From: a bacterium
GTDB taxonomy: Bacteria > 4484-113 > JAFGCY01
Length of the DNA: 64,000 nucleotides
NCBI GenBank assembly: GCA_020440645.1
Contig: JAGRNR010000009.1
Coordinates: 5,092-69,091 of the forward strand
Direction of reading: 5' to 3'
A program made the translations under genes and the position numbers. Position 1 is the first letter of the stretch. The number at the start of each line of letters is the position of its first letter. The notes beneath the pieces are model-generated. The model saw only the letters and a program-made list of their open reading frames with translations, was not told where the DNA came from and searched no databases. Shown here piece after piece: positions 27,396 to 36,715 of the stretch.

Positions 27396-28061
27396 GTGCC
27401 CCTATATTACTTGACAGTGCTGGCGCTCGCCGGGTTCCTGAGTGGATCCCTGCCCTTCGGCTGGCTTGTGGCGCGGCTCGGGGGCATGGACATCCGCAAG
27501 CATGGCAGCGGCAACATCGGCATGACCAATGTCTGGCGCGTGATGGGCTGGAAAGCGGGCCTGACTGTGCTGCTGCTGGACGTGGCCAAGGGCCTGCTGC
27601 CCGTGCTGCTGGCCGGGCGCCTGATGGACACCGTCAACCCACCGGGGCTGACGATCAGTGGCCGCGCCTGGCTGCTGCTGATCACCGGGCTGGCCGCGAT
27701 CCTCGGGCATACATTCACGCCCTGGCTGAAGTTCAGGGGCGGCAAGGGTGTCGCCACCAGCCTCGGTGTGCTGATCGCGCTCTACCAGTTATGGGTGTTG
27801 GCGCCGCTTGGCGTATTCCTGCTGGCGCTGGCAATCACGCGCATGGTGAGTGTCGGCAGCATCCTCGCCGCACTGAGTGTGGGCATCCTTGCGGTGGCCG
27901 TGCCGGCACTCAGGCCCTACATGGCGTTTGGCATCCCAGTGGCTCTGCTCGTGATCTGGACGCACCGCAGCAACATCCGCCGCATCCTCGACGGCACGGA
28001 AAGCCGCGTCGGCAGCGGGAAGAAAAAGCCCGCAGCGGAGTCAACCCAGGCGGATCAGTAG
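27396..28061 (+). CDS. plsY: Glycerol-3-phosphate acyltransferase PlsY
   Basis: Motifs SLPFGWLVARL, HGSGNIGMTNVWRV and GGKGVATSLGV. About 220 aa with multiple TM helices. Confidence 0.85.
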   Translation: MPLYYLTVLALAGFLSGSLPFGWLVARLGGMDIRKHGSGNIGMTNVWRVMGWKAGLTVLLLDVAKGLLPVLLAGRLMDTVNPPGLTISGRAWLLLITGLAAILGHTFTPWLKFRGGKGVATSLGVLIALYQLWVLAPLGVFLLALAITRMVSVGSILAALSVGILAVAVPALRPYMAFGIPVALLVIWTHRSNIRRILDGTESRVGSGKKKPAAESTQADQ

Positions 28062-29755
28062 ATCCCGGCGGAGTGGATCGAATCCAGCATTGCCGAATAG
28101 CCCGCTGACATATGCATCAGCCAGTTCGGATAGATGCCGAGGAAGATGATCGCAGCGCCGAGTGGCAACAGCACGATGGCCTCACGCAGCGGCACACGGC
28201 CCTTCGCCGACTCCGGTGCATCCCCCGGCAGCGTGCGCTGCAGCAGGCTGATCATGTACACCGCGCTCGTCAGCACGCCGATCACCGCCAGGGCCGAGAG
28301 GATCTGCAAAAGCAGGCTGCCGTCGATGCTGCCAACCAGCACCGTCTGCCAGCCCGGCCCGTTCTCGAACGCGCCCATTAAGCTGTACAGCTCGCCCCAG
28401 AAGCCGGCCAGCGCCGGGAAGCCCATGCCGGCGAAGGCCGCCAGCGAAAGCATGCCCGCCAGGAGCGGGGCCGCGCTGCCCAGCCCAGCGATCTCATGCA
28501 CGTTGCGTGTGCCGTAGCGCCGCTCGATGCTGTCCGCCAGCAGGAACAGCGTGGTGATGATCACGCCGTGGCCCACCATGTGGTAGATCGCGCCGGTCGT
28601 TGCCAGCGGGTTCATTGCGCTGCAGCCGAGGATGATGAAGCCCATGTGGCTGATCGAGCTGTAGGCGATCATGCGCTTGATGTCGGTCTGTACCAGCGTG
28701 ACAGCCGCGCCCCAGACGATGCCGATCACCGCCAGCGTGGCAACCACCGGGCCGATCGCGTAACCCTGGTCCGGCAGCGCCCAGTACAGCACGCGCAGGA
28801 ATGCGTATGTCCCGCTCTTGAGCATCACCGCCGCGAGGATCACCGACATTTCCGCCGGGGCCTGGGTATGGGCCGGCGGCAGCCAGGTGTGCAGCGGGAA
28901 CAGCGGTGCCTTGACGGCGAAGGCCACGAGGAAGCCGAGGAAGATCCACATCCTCAGCCAGGGCACGACATCCGTATAGCCCTCGTTCAGCAGGAAGGTT
29001 GCCAGGTTCGGGATCTGGAAGCTGTAAACGCCGGCGCTGATCACCTTGCAGATGATGAGCGACATCAGCATGAACACCGAGCCGGCCATGGTGTACACGA
29101 AGAAGCGGATCGCGGCGCGCGCCGCCTTCTCGCGGTCCTTGCCCCAGCCGCCGATCAGCACGTACATCGGGATCAGCATCCATTCCCAGAACAGGTAGAG
29201 CAGCACGAAGTCCAGCGCCACGAAGGAGCCGATCAGGCCGACCTGCATGAACAGGGTCAGCGCGAGGAATTCCTTCACCCGCTCCGTGCGGTACCAGCCC
29301 CAGATGATGATCAGTGGCAACAGCGCACAGGTCATCAGCACCAGTGGCAATGACAGGCCGTCGATGCCGACGTCGTAGTGCACGCTGAAGCTGCGGCTCT
29401 CGCCGATCTTGATCGCCATCCATTCGATGTCCTGGCGGTACTGGAAGCCCGGGAACTCCGCCTGGAAGGGCGTGTACTGCCCGAGCGGCTTCAGGTCCTG
29501 CACGTTCTGCGAAGTGTCCGTGTATCCGGCGTAGGGCCGCCAGCTGGTTGCACTTTCGGGCAGCCCGGTCAGCAGCAGCACCGCAAACAGCAGGCTGAGC
29601 AGCGAGAACACCAGGGCCACGATCTTGATTGGCAGGATCTTCTTCTTCGGGATCAGGCAGACCAGCAGGCAGCCGACCAGCGGGGCCAGCATCATCTGGG
29701 TGATGGGGTTGCTGATCCACGAGATGAAGCCTATGAAACTCTGCGTCTGGTCCAA
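28055..29755 (-). CDS. nuoM: Complex I antiporter-like subunit of the NuoM/NuoN family (only one copy present in the operon)
   Basis: 566 aa. Motifs WEWMLIPMYVLIGGWGKDREKAARAAIRFFVYTMAGSVFML and PLHTWLPPAHTQAPAEMSVILAAVMLKSGTYAFLR, typical of NuoL/M/N and MrpD-type subunits. Directly follows nuoL. Confidence 0.8.
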   Translation of the reverse strand: MDQTQSFIGFISWISNPITQMMLAPLVGCLLVCLIPKKKILPIKIVALVFSLLSLLFAVLLLTGLPESATSWRPYAGYTDTSQNVQDLKPLGQYTPFQAEFPGFQYRQDIEWMAIKIGESRSFSVHYDVGIDGLSLPLVLMTCALLPLIIIWGWYRTERVKEFLALTLFMQVGLIGSFVALDFVLLYLFWEWMLIPMYVLIGGWGKDREKAARAAIRFFVYTMAGSVFMLMSLIICKVISAGVYSFQIPNLATFLLNEGYTDVVPWLRMWIFLGFLVAFAVKAPLFPLHTWLPPAHTQAPAEMSVILAAVMLKSGTYAFLRVLYWALPDQGYAIGPVVATLAVIGIVWGAAVTLVQTDIKRMIAYSSISHMGFIILGCSAMNPLATTGAIYHMVGHGVIITTLFLLADSIERRYGTRNVHEIAGLGSAAPLLAGMLSLAAFAGMGFPALAGFWGELYSLMGAFENGPGWQTVLVGSIDGSLLLQILSALAVIGVLTSAVYMISLLQRTLPGDAPESAKGRVPLREAIVLLPLGAAIIFLGIYPNWLMHMSAGYSAMLDSIHSAGIY

Positions 29756-31918
29756 CTACTCGTACCTCCCGAGGAAGCTCTGAATGATGCGCCGCAGTGT
29801 CTCGTTGAGCGGGAAGGAGACGACAATGCACATCAGCACGGCACCCAACAGCAGCACGAACATGTAGTTCTGGATCTGCCCGTTCTGCCAGTAGCGGCCG
29901 TGCAGCCGCTTGATGATCCACCAGATCTCGCAGCACCACCAGCGGATGCCGTCGACGAAGTGCAGGTCAAGCCAGGCACTGGCATTGGCCAGCCCACGGC
30001 CGCCGCGCCCGATGCGCGTTGACAGCCAGTCGATCAGGCGGATGTCTGAAATGCCTGCAAGAATTGCGAGGAACTCGCCGAAGCCGCCCACCAGTCCCGT
30101 GAAGAAGGGCTTCAAGTACAGCCCCTCGCGGAAGAATCCGGTCACGCCTGTCAAGAGCGGGGTCGGGCTGGCCAGCCCGCGCTCCGAGGCGGAGACGAAT
30201 CCAAGCACTGCGCCGGCCAGCACCAGCACGACCGAGAGGCCGGCGGCCAGTGGTTCGAAGTTGCCTGCCCATTGCAGGTCGTGCAGCCGGCCCTCGAAAT
30301 AGGCGCGGTAGGATGGCCAGAAGGCGGCGATGCCGATGCTGCCGATGAGCGCCAGCAGGATGGAAATCACAGTCGGTCCGGCCCAGCCATTGCCTGCGGA
30401 CGCTTGCTCCGCCAGGCCATTGGCAGCCTCCTTGCCGGGGGAAGGCATCAGCCCGCTCAGCAGGCGCGCACAGTAGGCTGCGGTAAAGGGAATCGATGCG
30501 ATCAGCAGCAGCGCTCCGGCCTGCCAGTAACCCGGCATGGCGGGCATTGTGCTTGCCAGTGCGTTGCCACCGTAGTCCTGTCCGGCGCGGGACAGCAGCG
30601 CGGAGAGGATCTGGTCCTTGCCGAAGTAGCCCGCCAGCCCGATCACACCGGCCAGGCTCAGGCCGGCCGGCAGCAGGGCCAGCCAGAACAGCTGTCCGCT
30701 GGCGGGGGACTGCCTAAGGTCGTCAAAACTCGGTTCGTCGTCATTATGTGTTGCCTGGGCCTCATGCCAGCGCGCCACCACAATGCCGACCGCAAGGAAC
30801 AGCGCGGCCTTGAACCAGGCATGTGCCAGCAGCTGGAATCGCGCGGCCTCCATCGCCAGCGCCCCGCTGCCCATCACGCACAGCCCAAGCTGGCTGACCG
30901 TGCTCCAGGCCAGCAGCTTCTTCGGCTGCTGCTGGCAACAGGCCACGATCGAGCCCATGAGCATCGTCAGGCCGCCGAGCATCACCGCCCAGGCCAGCGG
31001 GGCCACGTACCAGCCGGGGTTGCCACTGTCCGCCTGCACCGGCACGACAGTTCGCCCGAACAGCAGGTCACTGGCCAACAGCGGCCCGGCCGCCACCAGA
31101 GTTGCACTGTGCAGCAGGGCACTGACCGGGGCCGGGGCCACCATCGCATCCGGCAGCCAGAATGACAGCGGCAGGAGTGCTGCCTTGCCGAGCACGGCCA
31201 GCAGGACTAATAGTCCGGCCACGATCATCCAGTTCACGGCGGACAGCTGGTCCGGTACATGCTGTGCCACCCAGCCGATGCTGACCTGGCTGAGCTGCAC
31301 CATGTGCACACCGAAGCGGCCGAAGCCGAACATGAAGATGAAGATCGCGAACAGCAGCCCGAAGTCCGTGGCGCGCGTCGTCCAGAAGGCCTGGCGCGCT
31401 GCCCGGTTGGCCTCCGGCGTGCCCTTGTGGCGGATCAGCAGGTAGCCGGCGAGGCCCATCATTTCCCAGGCGATGTACAGCAGGATCAAAGTGTCACTGA
31501 CGAGGAACAGCAGCATTGAGCCGCAGAAGAATGTCAGCAGCGCATGGAATTGCGCGGCCTTCGGGTCAGCGCGCCGCTCGCGGATTGCATACAGCAACAC
31601 CGCCACGCCGATCAGGCAGGTTGTCAGGATGAACAGCACCTGCGTGTAGTCCGCGCGCAGGGCCAGCGGGATCGGCGGGAAGGCGCGGATCTCCGTGGTG
31701 TAGCCGCTGATCCAGTTGACCATCCATACCGCGCGGCCGGTCTCGGCATCCAGTCCCGCATTGACGGCGAGCGCCATCCCGGCACTGGCCACAAGCGACA
31801 GCACGCCGAGCAGGGCCGTGACGACGGCCGGCACACGGCGCATGAGCAGGCCCGCCCCCGCCGCCAGCAGCGGCAGAAGCGCGATCAGCGGCAGCAGTCC
31901 CTGCATCTCAGGCACCAC
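29756..31918 (-). CDS. nuoL: Complex I subunit NuoL-like (MrpA-type antiporter-like subunit, 720 aa)
   Basis: Motifs LLYIAWEMMGLAGYLLIRH, LPDAMVAPAPVSALLHSATLVAAG and a long C-terminal extension. Confidence 0.85.
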   Translation of the reverse strand: MVPEMQGLLPLIALLPLLAAGAGLLMRRVPAVVTALLGVLSLVASAGMALAVNAGLDAETGRAVWMVNWISGYTTEIRAFPPIPLALRADYTQVLFILTTCLIGVAVLLYAIRERRADPKAAQFHALLTFFCGSMLLFLVSDTLILLYIAWEMMGLAGYLLIRHKGTPEANRAARQAFWTTRATDFGLLFAIFIFMFGFGRFGVHMVQLSQVSIGWVAQHVPDQLSAVNWMIVAGLLVLLAVLGKAALLPLSFWLPDAMVAPAPVSALLHSATLVAAGPLLASDLLFGRTVVPVQADSGNPGWYVAPLAWAVMLGGLTMLMGSIVACCQQQPKKLLAWSTVSQLGLCVMGSGALAMEAARFQLLAHAWFKAALFLAVGIVVARWHEAQATHNDDEPSFDDLRQSPASGQLFWLALLPAGLSLAGVIGLAGYFGKDQILSALLSRAGQDYGGNALASTMPAMPGYWQAGALLLIASIPFTAAYCARLLSGLMPSPGKEAANGLAEQASAGNGWAGPTVISILLALIGSIGIAAFWPSYRAYFEGRLHDLQWAGNFEPLAAGLSVVLVLAGAVLGFVSASERGLASPTPLLTGVTGFFREGLYLKPFFTGLVGGFGEFLAILAGISDIRLIDWLSTRIGRGGRGLANASAWLDLHFVDGIRWWCCEIWWIIKRLHGRYWQNGQIQNYMFVLLLGAVLMCIVVSFPLNETLRRIIQSFLGRYE

Positions 31919-31953
31919 CCACCTCCTGCTGTGTCGTCGTCATCTGCAAGTCG

Positions 31954-32439
31954 TCAATCCTTCATCAGGTTGGCATCATCAAGCATGATGCTCTTCTTCA
32001 TGCGGTAGAAGGCGATGATGATCGCCAGCCCGACCGCAGCCTCAGCCGCAGCAACGATGATCACGAATATCGAGAACACCTGGCCCATGTTCGTCATCAC
32101 GGATTCCTCCGCGGTGAACGAGGCCAGGGTGGATTTCGGTCCGTAGTAGAAGTTGAACGCGCTCATGTTGATGTTGACGGCGTTGAGCATCAGCTCCAGC
32201 GCCAGCAGCATCCCGATCGCATTGCGCCGCGCGATCACGCCGTACAGCCCGAGGCAGAAGATGAACGCGCTGAGCACGAAGTACTGGTGGTAGTCCACGT
32301 TGGTGAACCACACCATCGGCGTGTCGCCACTTGAGGCGAACCACTGGCGCGAGGCGAACTCGATCGCCTGGATGATCGGCGCCAGGCCCTCGCTCGCCAG
32401 CGAGCCACCCTCGGACTGTTGCAGCAGCAGCAGTAACAT
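31954..32439 (-). CDS. nuoK: Complex I subunit NuoK, with a possible N-terminal extension of about 40 aa
   Basis: ORF 31954..32652. The internal ATG at 32437-32439 overlaps the nuoJ stop (ATGA coupling). NuoK core: YFVLSAFIFCLGLYGVIARRNAIGMLLALELMLNAVNINM ... AEAAVGLAIIIAFYR. Confidence 0.75.
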   Translation of the reverse strand: MLLLLLQQSEGGSLASEGLAPIIQAIEFASRQWFASSGDTPMVWFTNVDYHQYFVLSAFIFCLGLYGVIARRNAIGMLLALELMLNAVNINMSAFNFYYGPKSTLASFTAEESVMTNMGQVFSIFVIIVAAAEAAVGLAIIIAFYRMKKSIMLDDANLMKD

Positions 32440-33485
32440 CAGTCCTTCCTCACCAGGATGATCGCGCCGAGCATCGCCATGAGCAGGAGCACGCTGGCCA
32501 CTTCGAAGGGAAGTGTGTACGTTGCCATCAGCGACCAGCCGATGGCCTGGGTATTGCTTGTCAGTACTGCCGCACTGGGCGGGAACTCGGTGTTCTGCGG
32601 GAACTGCATGAACATCCCGACGAGCGCCATGAAGCCGAACAGCATCGTGCACAAAAGCGCGGCCCAGGGGCTCAGGTCAGTGTTCTGCCTGAGCTCGGTG
32701 CCGATGATGTTCTGGCTGACCATGATGCCGAACAGGAACAGCACCATGATGCCGCCGATGTAGATGATCACCTGCACCATCGCGAGGAACTCAGCGTTGA
32801 GCAGGATGAAGTAGCCGGCCACGCCGAACAGCGAAAGGATCAGCATCAGCGCGGAGTGGAACACGTTGCGCATCGTTACGCAACCGATGCCGCCGCCGAC
32901 CACGCCCGCCGTGAACAGCCAGAAGAAGAAGTTCAGCAGCCTGAGCGCGGGCACGCTGAGTGCCAGCATGCCCCAGAAGAAGGCGATGAAGCCAACGACT
33001 GTGAGGATTGCCAGCAGGCGCCGGTGGTCATGGAAGCGGTGCAGCGAAAGCTGCACGCAGGCGATCGTGCCGCCGACCAGCCCGAGGATCAGCATATTTG
33101 AAAGGTTGACAACCAGCGGCTGGAACAGCAGGGAGCTGATCACGAACACCGCCAGGCCAGCGCTGGCTGCCACCCGCAGCAGTCCGGCCTCCGCCGGCAG
33201 GCGGTTGAACAGCATCAGGTTCAGCAGGTAGAAGCCGGCGAGCATGCTGGCGCCCACCAGGATGCGTGCGTCCAGCTGCAAGGCCGCGGACCAGTCCAGT
33301 TTTCCACCCAGCGCTGCCAGCGGGGCGGCCAGCAGCGCCACAAGCACCGCGATCCCGGCCGTTGCCAGCAGCTGGCGGAAGATGCCGTCCAGCCGGTTGA
33401 CGAGCAGTCCGGCGGCCGCCAGCAACGCGGCCAGCAGGGCCACATTGCGCAGCAGCATAAGGGCGGCGGGCAGGCTGGTTTCCAT
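32439..33485 (-). CDS. nuoJ: Complex I subunit NuoJ with an N-terminal multi-TM extension of about 190 aa
   Basis: The C-terminal half matches NuoJ (FHSALMLILSLFGVAGYFILLNAEFLAMVQVIIYIGGIMVLFLFGIMV ... EVASVLLLMAMLGAIIL). The N-terminal half is additional hydrophobic helices. Confidence 0.75.
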   Translation of the reverse strand: METSLPAALMLLRNVALLAALLAAAGLLVNRLDGIFRQLLATAGIAVLVALLAAPLAALGGKLDWSAALQLDARILVGASMLAGFYLLNLMLFNRLPAEAGLLRVAASAGLAVFVISSLLFQPLVVNLSNMLILGLVGGTIACVQLSLHRFHDHRRLLAILTVVGFIAFFWGMLALSVPALRLLNFFFWLFTAGVVGGGIGCVTMRNVFHSALMLILSLFGVAGYFILLNAEFLAMVQVIIYIGGIMVLFLFGIMVSQNIIGTELRQNTDLSPWAALLCTMLFGFMALVGMFMQFPQNTEFPPSAAVLTSNTQAIGWSLMATYTLPFEVASVLLLMAMLGAIILVRKD

Positions 33486-34480
33486 CAGGAACTCACCTCC
33501 CCGCGTGGCCGCCTGAGCGGCAGCACCAGCGCCTCGCGATTGGCAACCGGCATCGCCCAGCGCTCCTCGAACACGACGAGCGGGGTGCCGTCCGCGCGCT
33601 TCAGTTCGCCCAGCGCGGGATCATGGTCATAGCGTCCGAGGTCAACGAACAGCACCGTCGGCTGCCCGGGGGCCTGCGCGATTGCACCGCTGCCATCGGC
33701 GGCGATGATGCGCAGCGCTTCCTCCTCAGTCAGTGAGTCGACATTCAAGAGCGGCACGCCGCGGTAGGCCGCCGGCAGCTTCGGCCGGCTGCGCGGATAG
33801 TCCTCGGTGAAGGGCTCGCTCGAAGCCATCCGGGCGGTCTCGCGGAAGCCGGTCAGCACGGAGGTGCCGTAGCGGTGCACGCGGTTGCTGAAGAACCAGA
33901 ATTGGCTGAAGCCGGTTGCAAGGTAGCTCAGGTTGAGCACGAACACCAGGAACCAGAACAGCGCCCAGAGCATGAAGTAGCCGAGCTGGAACTTGAACAC
34001 GGGGAGGCTGCCGGTCTCGCGCCAGATGGCGAAGCCCTCGCCGCTGAGCAGAAGCGTCAGGTTCGGCGTGTCGGCAATGCCCTTCACGCTCATCTTCGGG
34101 TGGATGCGGTCCAGCGGGTCGAATTCCACGATGAAGAAGAACAGGATGATCACGAACAGCAGCAGACGCCAGAGCGTGAAGTCGCGCACCATCCAGCGGC
34201 TGTACTTCACAAGCGCGCCGGATGCCCACCAGAAGAAGCCGAGAATCGCCGGCAGGGCCAGCAGCAGGCCGCTAGCAGTGAACCACATCAGAGAGTACTG
34301 CTCGGAGGGCTGCTTGGAGGCATAGTCGTCAAACAGCGCGCCGTATTTCGTGTAGACGAACACCAACGTGAACCAGGACACGGCGATGAAGCCATAGAAC
34401 TTGAACCAGTCCATCGCGGTGTAGCCGAACCAGCGCTTCGGCAGCGGATGGTGGATTGTCAGGTCATGCCCGTCAGGCAT
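33485..34480 (-). CDS. Hypothetical membrane protein embedded in the nuo-like operon (about 331 aa: 4-5 TM plus a C-terminal soluble domain)
   Basis: ORF 33485..34561. Likely start MPDGHD. Its stop overlaps the nuoJ start (ATGA). No Cys motifs and no match to any known complex I subunit. Confidence 0.55.
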   Translation of the reverse strand: MPDGHDLTIHHPLPKRWFGYTAMDWFKFYGFIAVSWFTLVFVYTKYGALFDDYASKQPSEQYSLMWFTASGLLLALPAILGFFWWASGALVKYSRWMVRDFTLWRLLLFVIILFFFIVEFDPLDRIHPKMSVKGIADTPNLTLLLSGEGFAIWRETGSLPVFKFQLGYFMLWALFWFLVFVLNLSYLATGFSQFWFFSNRVHRYGTSVLTGFRETARMASSEPFTEDYPRSRPKLPAAYRGVPLLNVDSLTEEEALRIIAADGSGAIAQAPGQPTVLFVDLGRYDHDPALGELKRADGTPLVVFEERWAMPVANREALVLPLRRPRGEVSS

Positions 34481-34943
34481 GCTGCACCTCCTCCACCGTT
34501 TCCGGCTCGTTGGCAGCACTGCCGCCCGCTCCTGCTGCGGCGATGTTGCGCAGCTGGGCATGGTGCCCGGGCGCCGTCACCACGAACCAGTAGAGGAAGC
34601 CGGGCAGCAACAGCAGCACCGGCCGCAGTGTGAACTGCAGTTCGTACTGCAGCCACAGCGAATACAGGCAGCCGCAGGCCGCGAAGCTCCACAGCAGGGA
34701 AGCGATGCCGGGCCGCCGCCTGAACCAGGGGTTGATCCAGGCCGCATTGCGCGCCGGCGTCAGCGGCAGCACCGCCAGCAGCAGGCCGATTGCCAGCAGG
34801 GCCAGCGGGCCGAACCACTGCGTTGTCAGCACGGGTGCCACTCCAAGCACGATGCGCAGGTACAGGCCCCAGGCCCCGGCGGCCACGAGCAGCAGCTCTC
34901 CGAGGAGATGCAGCAGGTTCTGGCTGGTTGACAGCATCCTCAT
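34473..34943 (-). CDS. Hypothetical membrane protein embedded in the nuo-like operon (about 156 aa, 3-4 TM)
   Basis: ORF 34473..35042. Likely start MRMLSTSQNLL immediately after the nuoH stop. Overlaps the downstream gene by about 8 nt. Confidence 0.5.
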   Translation of the reverse strand: MRMLSTSQNLLHLLGELLLVAAGAWGLYLRIVLGVAPVLTTQWFGPLALLAIGLLLAVLPLTPARNAAWINPWFRRRPGIASLLWSFAACGCLYSLWLQYELQFTLRPVLLLLPGFLYWFVVTAPGHHAQLRNIAAAGAGGSAANEPETVEEVQHA

Positions 34944-36715
34944 CCGGTCCAGCTCACCTCCCGGCGGGGCTGCGGATGTCGGCGCTGCACGAACAGGATG
35001 CGCCAGGCCATCAGGAGGATGAACAGGCCGAAGAACAGGCACAGCACGTTGTAGCCCCAGAAGAAGGCCTTCTCGGGGACTGTCATCACCGCCAGTGCTT
35101 CAGCTGTTGTCAGCGTCTGGTACTGGGTGACGCGCTGCAGGGCGGTCACGTCGACATCGGAGACGGCCAGCTGGTTCGCGCTGAACCAGGGATGGCGGTT
35201 GACGACGCCGAGCGCGGTGGCCGCCATCACGACCACGCTGGCCGGCAGCAGGAACTTCCAGGAGAAGAACATGATCTGGTCCACGCGGATGCGCGGCATC
35301 GTGGAGCGCGCCCATATGAAGAAGAAGCACACGGCGTAGGTCTTCAGCAGGAACCAGAACAGGCTCGTCAGCCACAATCCGTCGGGGCCGAGGAACATCG
35401 GGCCCTTCCAGCCGCCGAAGAAGCAGACGGTCATGATCGCGCTGACGATGAACACGTTGGAGTACTCGGCGACATAGAACAGCGCGAAGCGCATCCCGCT
35501 GTACTCCACCAGGTAGCCGCCCAAGAGCTCGTTCTGCGCTTCCGGCAGGTCAAAGGGCGGGCGGTTGGTCTCGGCAAGGCTGACAACGAGGTAGATGATG
35601 AAGGCCGGGAACAGCGGCAGGATGCCCCAGGTCATCGTCTGGCGCTGCACGATCTCCGTCAGGTTCAGCGAACCGGCAAAGATGGCAACGCACAGCAGGC
35701 TCATCAGCATCGGGATTTCGTAGGTCAGCAGCATCGCGGCCTCGCGCATCGCGCCGACCAGTGCATATTTGTTGTTGGAGGCGTAGCCGGACATGATCAC
35801 GGCCACGAGGAACATCGCAAAGTCGGCGATGATCAGGAGCAGGCCGACATTCAGGTCCTGGATCATGTAGTAGATGATCTGCCCGTCGACAGCCGCCACG
35901 CCGAACGGGATCACCACCCAGCTCAGGAGCGCCGGCAGGTAGACGAGGATCGGCGCGATCAGGTACAGCAGCTTGTCAGCGCTGAGCGGAACGGTGTCTT
36001 CCTTGAAGAAGATCTTGATCGTGTCGTAGAAGCCCTGGCGCCAGTAGTAGCGCAGCATGTAGCTCATGTAGAGCACGAAGGCGACCACGGTGCACAGCAC
36101 GGTGAGCTGCGGCAAAAACGGGATGTGCGCCTTCGGGATGAAGCCCAGCAGGAGAGCGACGAGCATGCCACCGCAGGACGCGAGGGATGGCCAGGCCAGC
36201 AGTGACAGCAGCGTTGCCAGGAAGCGCCAGACGGAGGTCTGCGCGGCCTGCATCCGGCCGAGCGCTGGCAGGATCATCAAGCGGTTGATCAGCCCCATCA
36301 TGCCCACGGCGAAGAACAGGATGATCCAGCCGCCGAACTGTTGCCAGCCGGCGGTGCCGCCGGTCCAGTAGTTGATGCCGTACAGCAGCGCGGGCAGGCC
36401 GATCAGCACGCCGATCTGCAGGAAGATCCGCCGGAAGCGCTGCGGGGTGACCTCGCCGTACTCCTGCGGGCCGCGGCGGCCCTGCATGCGCGCCATCAGG
36501 CGGCGTTCCCAGACCTGCAGGCCGATGGTGATCATCAGCTCCAGGAGGAAGATCAGCAGGAGCGCCGTCACCAACATGATGCCGTTGGCAACCTCCGGGC
36601 TGAAGCGCAGGCCGGGCAGCGGCTCGGTGTTGAGCCAGGCGCGCATCGCCTCCCAGACGGTGCGGGCCTCGTCCATGTCGTAGCGCTGCTGCAGGATTGC
36701 CAGCATCGGGAGCAT
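34940..36715 (-). CDS. nuoH: Complex I subunit NuoH with N- and C-terminal extensions (about 591 aa)
   Basis: ORF 34940..36793. The likely ATG overlaps the nuoD TGA stop by 1 nt (ATGA). NuoH core motifs: IKIFFKEDTVPLSADKLLYLIAPIL, ADFAMFLVAVIMSGYASNNKYALVGAMR and AETNRPPFDLPEAQNELLGGYLVEYSGMRFALFYVAEY. About 200 extra N-terminal residues (4-5 TM) and about 100 extra C-terminal residues. Confidence 0.8.
   Translation of the reverse strand: MLPMLAILQQRYDMDEARTVWEAMRAWLNTEPLPGLRFSPEVANGIMLVTALLLIFLLELMITIGLQVWERRLMARMQGRRGPQEYGEVTPQRFRRIFLQIGVLIGLPALLYGINYWTGGTAGWQQFGGWIILFFAVGMMGLINRLMILPALGRMQAAQTSVWRFLATLLSLLAWPSLASCGGMLVALLLGFIPKAHIPFLPQLTVLCTVVAFVLYMSYMLRYYWRQGFYDTIKIFFKEDTVPLSADKLLYLIAPILVYLPALLSWVVIPFGVAAVDGQIIYYMIQDLNVGLLLIIADFAMFLVAVIMSGYASNNKYALVGAMREAAMLLTYEIPMLMSLLCVAIFAGSLNLTEIVQRQTMTWGILPLFPAFIIYLVVSLAETNRPPFDLPEAQNELLGGYLVEYSGMRFALFYVAEYSNVFIVSAIMTVCFFGGWKGPMFLGPDGLWLTSLFWFLLKTYAVCFFFIWARSTMPRIRVDQIMFFSWKFLLPASVVVMAATALGVVNRHPWFSANQLAVSDVDVTALQRVTQYQTLTTAEALAVMTVPEKAFFWGYNVLCLFFGLFILLMAWRILFVQRRHPQPRREVSWTG

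Noticed and set aside
28494-29939. 481-aa alternative-frame ORF overlapping nuoM and nuoL
   Set aside because: Shifted frame of the real genes. Arg/Pro/Gly-rich. No membrane-helix pattern, whereas the annotated frames give canonical NuoL and NuoM motifs.
34790-36205. 471-aa plus-strand ORF
   Set aside because: Antisense to nuoH. Highly charged low-complexity translation.
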